Positions 55,820 to 62,890 of a stretch of DNA of 64,000 bases are shown here, in pieces. Source of the DNA: Rhodospirillales bacterium (GTDB lineage: Bacteria; Pseudomonadota; Alphaproteobacteria; Rhodospirillales; SHVQ01). Every line of letters begins with the position of its first letter. Within the stretch, counting starts at the first letter, position 1. The stretch is from contig SHVQ01000009.1 in assembly GCA_009694195.1 (NCBI GenBank), positions 10,294-74,293 on the forward strand, written 5' to 3'. The notes beneath the pieces are model-generated. The model searched no databases and was not told where the DNA came from. It saw only the letters and a program-made list of their open reading frames with translations. Position numbers and translations under genes: made by a program.

Positions 55820-56146
55820 ATGGATTTCGTGGTCATCGGCTTCGACAAGCCCGGCGATCTTCGGAAGCGGCTCCGCGCGGCGCATCTTGAGTATGTACGC
55901 GACACGCAGGACCGGTTCAAATTCGGCGGCCCGCTCATCGCTGAGGACGGTCGGGTGCTCGGCAGCCTCCTCATCCTGACGTTCCCGACCCGGGTGGCGC
56001 TCGAGGACCACCTCGCCGAAGATCCCTACGTCAAGGGCGGCTTGTTCGAGTCCGTGCGCATCCACGAGACGCGACAGATCGTGCCGGAGGCTTCGCCGGG
56101 CGCGCTTGCCCAGGAGATCGCCAGGCAGAAGGCGGAATCGAAATAG
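55820..56146 (+). CDS. YciI family protein
   Basis: MDFVVIGFDKPGDLRKRLRAAHLEYV...DPYVKGGLFESVRIH. An AGAGGA RBS lies 9 nt upstream of the ATG at 55820. Confidence 0.8.
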   Translation: MDFVVIGFDKPGDLRKRLRAAHLEYVRDTQDRFKFGGPLIAEDGRVLGSLLILTFPTRVALEDHLAEDPYVKGGLFESVRIHETRQIVPEASPGALAQEIARQKAESK

Positions 56147-56147
56147 C

Positions 56148-56906
56148 TCAGCCGGCCGAGGGGATGTCGGTTTTGGCGGGTGCGACGAACCTGGCGACCT
56201 TGGGATCGGACTCCGCCGTCCCGCGGTCGGGCGGGACGACGAGGCCGCAGCTCACGACCAGCTTGATCGCCTCTTCGACCGTCATGTCGAGCGCCACGAC
56301 CTGCTTCTTCGGGACGAAAAGAAGGAAGCCCGAGGTCGGGTTCGGCGTCGTCGGCACGAAGACGTTGACGTAGTCTTCCCCGGTCGCGCGCTGGACCTCG
56401 CCCTTGGCGCGCCCGGTCACGAAGGCAATCGCCCAGACGCCCGGGCGCGGGTACTCGACGAGGACCGCCTTGCGGAAGGCGTTCGACTGGCGGGCCACCA
56501 CGGTTTCGACGATCTGCTTGGCCGCGCCGTAGATGTTCCGGATGACCGGCATCCGTTGGACGATGCGCTCGCCCATCCGCAGCACGAGGCGGCCGACAAA
56601 TCCGGCGGCGGCCCAGCCGACGAGGGTGAGGCCGATGATGACGATCACGAGGCCGAGCCCGGGGATGCCATAGGGCAGATAGGTCTTCGGGTTGTACTTC
56701 TGTGGGATAAGCGAGACGACGGCGACATCGATAAAGTCGATGAACGCCCAGGCGAGATACAACGTGATGCCGATCGGGGCGACGACCAGCACTCCCGTCA
56801 GGAAGTACGTACGGAGGTGGTGCCAAACTCGATTGAAGGTCTTCGGCGGCGTCAGACCGCGGCTGGGCGGAGTCGGCTGGGGGTCGTGGCCAGGGGTGGC
56901 TTGCAT
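56148..56906 (-). CDS. DUF502 domain membrane protein
   Basis: LRTYFLTGVLVVAPIGITLYLAWAFIDFID...IPGLGLVIVIIGLTLVG...PNPTSGFLLFVP are typical DUF502 motifs. The start is uncertain (56906 or 56951). Confidence 0.8.
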   Translation of the reverse strand: MQATPGHDPQPTPPSRGLTPPKTFNRVWHHLRTYFLTGVLVVAPIGITLYLAWAFIDFIDVAVVSLIPQKYNPKTYLPYGIPGLGLVIVIIGLTLVGWAAAGFVGRLVLRMGERIVQRMPVIRNIYGAAKQIVETVVARQSNAFRKAVLVEYPRPGVWAIAFVTGRAKGEVQRATGEDYVNVFVPTTPNPTSGFLLFVPKKQVVALDMTVEEAIKLVVSCGLVVPPDRGTAESDPKVARFVAPAKTDIPSAG

Positions 56907-57063
56907 GCTTTGGGGCCTTGCGTTGAAAGGACGTCGTGGAAGGCGCTGCACCCCTGTGGCGTGGCTTTAGCGTCCGCGCCGACGCCTAACAAGCGTTCGC
57001 GTAGCACATCGCGCTTTTCGCCGCCAGCCGGTTTCGGCCGGACAGGCGGCAAGCGCGGCAGGT

Positions 57064-57419
57064 CTACTTCTGCTGTCCCTGAATTTGGCGGAGGTTCTCG
57101 ACCAGAATCTTCAGGAGCCCCCGGACGAAGGGGTCGGCTTTCCTGAGCTTCTCCTCGAAGGTCGGCTTCGAAACCACGATGACGGTGCCGCCCTTCGCCA
57201 TGCGGGCGCCGCCATGCGCGGCTTCGCGTCCACCAGCGCCATCTCGCCGAAGATGGCGCCCGGCCCGAGCGTCGCAAGGCTGGTGGGCTGCCCGTCGATG
57301 GTCTTGTAGATTTCAACGGCACCCGCCTGAACGACGAAGGCGGCGCTGCCGTCGTCCCCTTCCTTGAAGACGTGGTCGCCCTCCTTCAACGTTTTCCGTT
57401 CAATAACGGCGTCGGCCAT
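57064..57419 (-). pseudogene. single-domain cyclic-nucleotide-binding protein with an apparent 1-nt frameshift near 57203-57212
   Basis: The frame from the ATG at 57419 gives MADAVIERKTLKEGDHVFKEGDDGSAAFVVQAGAVEIY...GAIFGEMALVDAKPR, then degenerates. My hand translation of the adjacent frame gives ..ARMAKGGTVIVVSKPTFEEKLRKADPFVRGLLKILVENLRQIQGQQK*, ending at the TAG 57064-57066. Confidence 0.65.
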
Positions 57420-57526
57420 TTCGTTCTTTAAACCCCCTTGAAGGACGCGGCTCCCCTTGCCTCCCGGATTCGAGCGTTTACTATAACCCGCTCGGACCAA
57501 AGTTTCACCTTTGCCTGCGGGATTGC

Positions 57527-58081
57527 ATGAAAATGGGCCGGAAAGCGGCTGTCACGGGCGAGCCGACAGGCCAGTCGCGCGATTACCCCTCGCGCCCGTT
57601 CGTGGGCGTCGGCGTCGTCGTCCTCCGGGGCGAGGACGTGCTGCTCATCCGCCGCGGCAAGCCGCCGCGGCTCGGCGGCTGGAGCTTGCCGGGCGGGTGC
57701 CAGGAGACCGGCGAGACCGTCCATGAGGCCGCCCGGCGCGAGATCATGGAGGAGACGGGCGTGGCGATCGAGGTCCTCGGCCTGGTCGATGTCGTGGATT
57801 CGATCCAGAAGGACGCCGACGGCCGGGTCCGGCAGCACTACACGCTCATCGACGTCGGCGCCGCCTGGCGCGGGGGGAAGCCGAAGGCCGGCGGCGACGC
57901 GCTTGCGGCCGAATGGGTTCCCGTCGCGGATATTTCCACGCTCGGGCTCTGGACGGAAACCGAGCGGGTCATTCGCAAAGCGGTGGCCCTTTGGGGCGGA
58001 ATTCAAGCGAAGCCGTCACCCCCGCGGAAGCGGGGGTCCAGGACGTCAAGAAAGACTGGATTCCCGCGTACGCGGGAATGA
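57527..58081 (+). CDS. NUDIX hydrolase
   Basis: The Nudix box GGCQETGETVHEAARREIMEETGV is present. The last ~20 codons run through REP-like hairpins. Confidence 0.85.
   Translation: MKMGRKAAVTGEPTGQSRDYPSRPFVGVGVVVLRGEDVLLIRRGKPPRLGGWSLPGGCQETGETVHEAARREIMEETGVAIEVLGLVDVVDSIQKDADGRVRQHYTLIDVGAAWRGGKPKAGGDALAAEWVPVADISTLGLWTETERVIRKAVALWGGIQAKPSPPRKRGSRTSRKTGFPRTRE
58019..58079. repeat. REP-like hairpins CCCCCGC-ggaa-GCGGGGG and ATTCCCGCG-ta-CGCGGGAAT
   Basis: Read directly at 58019-58036 and 58060-58079, between convergent genes and overlapping the 3' end of the Nudix ORF. Confidence 0.7.
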
Positions 58082-58102
58082 CGACAAAGAGACAGGTCTC
58101 GT

Positions 58103-59467
58103 TTACCGCTCCCGGAACGAATGGCTGACCGACGAATAGATCGGCTTCAAGAGATATTCGAGCAGCGTCTTCCGGCCCGTGTGGACGTCGGCCTGCACGG
58201 TCATGCCGGGCACGATGCGGTTGCGCTCGGGGTTGTATCCGACGTACGTGCGGTCGAGGCTGACGATCCCCTTGTAGAAGGGGTTTCCCTTCTCGTCGAG
58301 GAACGTCGAGGCCGAGATGTCCTTGAGCTCGCCCGTGATGCCGCCGTAGCGGGCAAAGTCGAACGTCGTCACCTTGACGGTCACCGGCTGGCCGACCTGC
58401 ACGTGGCCGACGTCGCGTGTGGTGATGCGGGTCTCGACGACGAGCTCCTTGTCCAGCGGCACGATTTCAAGGGCGACCTGGCCCGGCGTGATGACGCCGC
58501 CGATGGTGTGGGTCTTCAGCCCCTTCACGATGCCGCGCACGGGCGCCTTGACGTGCAGCCGCTGCACCTTGTCCTCGGCCTTGTTGAGGTTCTCCCGGAG
58601 TTGCGCCAGCTCGGCGGTCACCGTCCCCATTTCGCGGAGCGCCGTCTCGCGCAAGTCCGTGTCGAGCTGGGCAAGGCGGCTTTCCGCCTCGCCGAGCGCC
58701 TCCCGCGTGCGCGTGCGGTCGTTGCGGAGCTTCGCGATGTCGCCGTGGGCCTGATTCACCTGGCGCTGCACGTCGAGGTAAACGATCTTGGAGGACAGGC
58801 CCTTTTGGAACAGCTGCTCGCGCATGGCGAGCTCTTCTTCGAGGATGGCGATGTTGCGGCTGAGCGTCTCTTCCTGGTGGACGAAGATCGCCAGCTCCGA
58901 CTTCCGCTGCTTGATCTGGTCGAAGACGACCTCGCGCCAGCCGGCAGCCGCCTTCTTCACGCTCTCGTAGATCGCCTTTTGATCGTCGATGAGGTTCTGG
59001 TAGGTGGCGCTCACAACCGCCCAGTCGGGATTGACGCCGAGCCCGATCGCGCGAAGGCGCTCGGACTGCAGATGCAAGGCGGCGACGCGCGCCCGGAGCT
59101 GATCCTGTTCGGAAAGGGTCCCGGCGGCATCGAGGCGCAGCAGGGTCTGGCCCTTGTCCACCATCTCGCCCTCGACCACGAGCAGCTGGGAAATGATCCC
59201 GCCCTCCAGGTGCTGAATCGCCTGCACCTGCCCGGTCGGAATCACCTCGCCCGAAGTCGCCGCGACCTCGTCCACGTCGGTTGCCGCCGCCCACACGAGG
59301 AAGGCGCAAATGACGACGCCGATCGTGATCATGCCGACTCGGATGAGCCCCGTGCTCCCGCCCTCCTCCAGGATCACGGACTGGGCCAGGAAGCGCGTCT
59401 GCCGGTCGCCGCGGCGGATGCGGCGGCCTTCGTTCGCGGTCGGGGCAGCGAGGGCGGTGTCGCTCAT
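58103..59467 (-). CDS. HlyD-family type I secretion membrane fusion (periplasmic adaptor) protein
   Basis: 454 aa. It has an N-terminal TM anchor, long coiled-coil segments, and C-terminal PGMTVQADVHTGRKTLLEYLLKPI, typical of T1SS MFPs. A 4-nt overlap links it to the ABC gene. Confidence 0.9.
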   Translation of the reverse strand: MSDTALAAPTANEGRRIRRGDRQTRFLAQSVILEEGGSTGLIRVGMITIGVVICAFLVWAAATDVDEVAATSGEVIPTGQVQAIQHLEGGIISQLLVVEGEMVDKGQTLLRLDAAGTLSEQDQLRARVAALHLQSERLRAIGLGVNPDWAVVSATYQNLIDDQKAIYESVKKAAAGWREVVFDQIKQRKSELAIFVHQEETLSRNIAILEEELAMREQLFQKGLSSKIVYLDVQRQVNQAHGDIAKLRNDRTRTREALGEAESRLAQLDTDLRETALREMGTVTAELAQLRENLNKAEDKVQRLHVKAPVRGIVKGLKTHTIGGVITPGQVALEIVPLDKELVVETRITTRDVGHVQVGQPVTVKVTTFDFARYGGITGELKDISASTFLDEKGNPFYKGIVSLDRTYVGYNPERNRIVPGMTVQADVHTGRKTLLEYLLKPIYSSVSHSFRER

Positions 59468-62223
59468 AGGAAGTCCTTCGGCATTTGCTTGCGCACGTCC
59501 GCGGCGGGGCCGAACGCGCGGACGTTGCCGGCTTCGAGCCAGATCATCTTATCGGCGAGCTTCAGGTGGCTGGGCCGGTGGGTGACGAGCAGCGCCGTGG
59601 TCGTGCCGCGGAGGCTGTCCAGGCGCTGCATGAACGCCTGGTCCCCGGCGAAGTCGAGGCCGTTGCCCGGCTCGTCGAACAGCATGATCGGCGCCCGCTT
59701 CAGATACCCGCGCGCGAGATTGAGGCGCTGAAGGACGCTCGTCGGCATCTGGCCGGATCCCGAATCCCCGATGCGGATCTCGAAGCCCCGCCGGGCCCAT
59801 TTTCCCGAGCCCTGCTGCATGGCCTCGATCTCCTGGAGGACGCCCGCCTCATCGGCCGCGCGCCGGAGATCGTTCAGGGTCGCCGTCGGGTGGGCGAGCC
59901 TGAGGTTCTGGGCGATCGTCCCGTAGAAGAACTGGAATCCTTGCGGCACATAGGCAACCGCGTGCCGGAGCTCGATGATGTCCATCTGCCGGATGTCCTG
60001 GTCGTCGATCCGGATATTGCCGGCTTGCGGCTGATACATGCCGACGATGAGCTTGAGGATCGTCGATTTGCCGGAGCCGTTGCCGCCCACGACCGCGACC
60101 ACTTCGCCGGGCTCGATATCGAAGCTGACGCCGACCAGCGCGGGGTCGGTATCCGGGCTGTAGCGCAAGGAGACGCGCGAGAACGAGACCCGTCCGGCGA
60201 GCCGGCGGATCGGCGTGACGAGCTTATGTTGTTCGCGCTCGGCCTTCAGGTTCATGAGCGCGTTGATCTGGTTGATGCTCGAACGCACCTGGGTCAGCCG
60301 CGTGAGCGACACGAAAACGGTCTGCAGCGGGGCCAGCACGCGCCATACGAGCGTCATCGAGGCGACGAGAGCGCCGACCGTCATGTCGCCGTTGATCACC
60401 CGGTAGACGCCGAAAACGACGGTCGCAAGGCCGGACGCCGTCATCAGGATCGTCGAAACCGTCTGCACGAGGGAGGAATATTGCGCGGTGTAGAAGCTGT
60501 TCAGGGCCGCCTTCGCGGAGGCCTTGCGGAACCGCTCGAGCCATGTGTGCTCGGCCGCGCTGTATTTCACCGCCCGCATGGTCCCGAGCGTCTCGATCAA
60601 AAGCTCCTGCCGGCGCGAGGCGCCTCGCGCGGCCTTGGAGACGCTGGTGCGGATCAGCGGCTGCATGACGACGGCAAGCAGACAGAACATCGCCATCATG
60701 ACGATGGGGACGAAGACGAGCGGGCCGCCGAGAAACGCGATGGTGACGAGGAAGATGATCGTGAACGGAAGTTCGAAGAACGTGAGCGCCATCGGGCCGG
60801 TGAAAAAATCCCTGACCGTCTCGAAGTCCTTCATGCGCGCGACCTGGGCGCCGACCGTCGCCCGTTCGGTGAAGGCCGGCGGCAGGAACAAGATGCGGTG
60901 GAACACGGCGTTGCCGACGATGTTGTCGAGGCGGGCGCCGACGTAAGCCATGATCCGCGTCCGGATGATCCTGAGCACGGCGTCGCAGGCGATCGAGATG
61001 CCGACCCCGATGGCAAAATAGGCGAGGGTCGAGAGCGAGCCGGTCGCGATGACCTTGTCGTAGACCGCCATGGTGAACAGCGGCGTCGCGAGCGCCAGCA
61101 CGTTCAAGACGAACGTGACCCCGAGAATTTGATAGACGAGGCCGCGGAAGCGGTCGGACATGGCGTTGAACCAGCCGATCTTCTGCTGGACCGGCAGGAG
61201 ATCGTCTTCCTCCAGCCGCGTGAAGAAGTAGACGGTGCCCCGGGTCCGGGCGATCGGAACCTCGGCGTGCGACGCCGTGGCGCCATTGAAGACGCGAATG
61301 TGGTTGGCGTCCAATCCCAGGAGAACGAGGGCGTCGCCGTCGTCCGGCAGGAAGAGGCACGGCATCAGCCGGGGATCGACCGAATGCAGGCGGAGGCGGA
61401 CCGGCCGGCTTTCATAGTGCAGGTTCGCCATCACGTTGCGGAACGACGTGATGTCCAGGTTATCGACGAAGTGCGGAATCGATTCGGCGATGTGGCGCGG
61501 GTCGCCCCGCCAGTTCATTCCCTGCAGCAAGGGGACGAGGCAATTGGAAAGATCGGTCTTCTCCCGGAGGCCCGCAAGCGCCGAATCGGCAAGCACAGCC
61601 ACGCTCGGAAGCTCGCCCCGTTCCTCGGGCGAGGGCGCGCGGGGCGCGGCGGCCGGAGCCGTCGGCATCCGGAGAGGAGCGGCCGCCGGTTGCTCGGCGG
61701 ATGGCTGAATCTTGGGAGCGGGCTGCGGGGCCTTGAGCTCCGGGAGCGGCACGCGCGGCCGCGGGATCTCGGGCTTCGCTTCGACCGCCGGCGGTTTCGG
61801 CGGCAGCCGGATCGAGGGTTTCGACGCCTCGGGCGGCGCGGGCGGCCGCGACGCAGCCTTCAACCCCGCCGGCTCAAGCTTGGGAGCACTTTCCGGGGCA
61901 CGCAGTGGCGCGACCGCTGGAGCCGGTACCTTCGGCACCGGTGCGGCAGCCGGAGCAACTTTCAGGTCCTCGATGCGCGGCTCGCGGACGGCCGGCTTCG
62001 GCGCCGCCCTCGGAGCGAGCGGGGCCGTCGGTTCGATCCGCGGTTTCGGCGCGACCGGCCGAAGCGCTTCCGCGCGCTTATCGGGCAGCGGCGGCGCATC
62101 GCGAAGCCGCGAGCGCTGGCGGGGCATGACGGCCCGGCCGCGCATCGGCGGCGGCTTCGAGGAGTCCGGATTGGCGTCGGCCAGATCGGTGTCGATGGCC
62201 TCGATTTTGGAGAGCGAGGTCAT
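59464..62223 (-). CDS. type I secretion ABC transporter (PrtD/HlyB-type permease-ATPase) with C39-like N-domain, Pro/Ala-rich N-terminal extension and degenerate signature motif
   Basis: 919 aa. The TMD carries TPLFTMAVYDKVI. Walker A is GGNGSGKST, the Q-loop YVPQ, Walker B IMLFDEP and the H-loop THR. The LSGGQ position reads MPTSV (59734-59748). Residues 1-215 are low-complexity P/A/K-rich. Confidence 0.88.
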   Translation of the reverse strand: MTSLSKIEAIDTDLADANPDSSKPPPMRGRAVMPRQRSRLRDAPPLPDKRAEALRPVAPKPRIEPTAPLAPRAAPKPAVREPRIEDLKVAPAAAPVPKVPAPAVAPLRAPESAPKLEPAGLKAASRPPAPPEASKPSIRLPPKPPAVEAKPEIPRPRVPLPELKAPQPAPKIQPSAEQPAAAPLRMPTAPAAAPRAPSPEERGELPSVAVLADSALAGLREKTDLSNCLVPLLQGMNWRGDPRHIAESIPHFVDNLDITSFRNVMANLHYESRPVRLRLHSVDPRLMPCLFLPDDGDALVLLGLDANHIRVFNGATASHAEVPIARTRGTVYFFTRLEEDDLLPVQQKIGWFNAMSDRFRGLVYQILGVTFVLNVLALATPLFTMAVYDKVIATGSLSTLAYFAIGVGISIACDAVLRIIRTRIMAYVGARLDNIVGNAVFHRILFLPPAFTERATVGAQVARMKDFETVRDFFTGPMALTFFELPFTIIFLVTIAFLGGPLVFVPIVMMAMFCLLAVVMQPLIRTSVSKAARGASRRQELLIETLGTMRAVKYSAAEHTWLERFRKASAKAALNSFYTAQYSSLVQTVSTILMTASGLATVVFGVYRVINGDMTVGALVASMTLVWRVLAPLQTVFVSLTRLTQVRSSINQINALMNLKAEREQHKLVTPIRRLAGRVSFSRVSLRYSPDTDPALVGVSFDIEPGEVVAVVGGNGSGKSTILKLIVGMYQPQAGNIRIDDQDIRQMDIIELRHAVAYVPQGFQFFYGTIAQNLRLAHPTATLNDLRRAADEAGVLQEIEAMQQGSGKWARRGFEIRIGDSGSGQMPTSVLQRLNLARGYLKRAPIMLFDEPGNGLDFAGDQAFMQRLDSLRGTTTALLVTHRPSHLKLADKMIWLEAGNVRAFGPAADVRKQMPKDFL

Positions 62224-62405
62224 AATTGGACCGGCCGGCCAAACGTGTAGTGTTTAAGACGTTGCCCCAACGCTCCAATGCCTCGTTCCCACCCAGAATT
62301 GCCGAGGCTGCTCCGGTGGTCCTGACCCCCCGCTTTCGCGGAGGCGACAGCACGTTGCGCCGCCGACGGCTGCGGCACGACCAGGCCGAGCGAATCAAGC
62401 AGCTC

Positions 62406-62714
62406 ATGTTCACCTTCGACGACCTCGTGCGCTTGGACGCGGGCGGCATCCAGACGCTCTTGCGCCAGGTCGAGAAGGACAAGCTCGCGATGGCCCTCAA
62501 GGGCGCGGCCGACGAAGTCAAGCAGCTCTTCTTCGCCAACATGTCCGAGCGCGCGGGCAAGATGCTGAAGGAAGACATGGAGGCCATGGGCGCCGTGCGG
62601 CTCAAGGACGTGGACGACGCCCAGGCCGCGGTCGTGTCCGTCGCGAAATCGCTCGCCGACGCGGGCGAGATCGTGATCGCCGGCTCCAGCCAAGAGGACG
62701 AGCTGGTCTTCTGA
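62406..62714 (+). CDS. stand-alone FliG C-terminal (torque-helix) domain protein
   Basis: [91 protein letters not shown] matches FliG_C over its full length. There is no room upstream for the FliG N/M domains because the ABC gene starts at 62223. The start could be further upstream in frame. Confidence 0.65.
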   Translation: MFTFDDLVRLDAGGIQTLLRQVEKDKLAMALKGAADEVKQLFFANMSERAGKMLKEDMEAMGAVRLKDVDDAQAAVVSVAKSLADAGEIVIAGSSQEDELVF

Positions 62715-62890
62715 GCGGCCGGCGTGAGCGCCTCACACGAATCGTTCGATAGCCCGGCGAAAACGATCACGCCGGCTTTCGCCCTCGCGGCAGCGTTGCT
62801 TCGACGTGCGACCTCTGCATCGCGGTCTGGACGTCCGAGTGTTGCGACTCTAACGGATGATACCCGGCAGCCAAGCCTTCGCTCCTCCCG

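Noticed and set aside
59485-62250. 921-aa + strand ORF spanning the whole ABC transporter locus, and 58121-59731 opposite hlyD.
   Set aside because: They are antisense shadows. The minus-strand products have Walker motifs, PrtD-type TMD motifs and MFP coiled coils.
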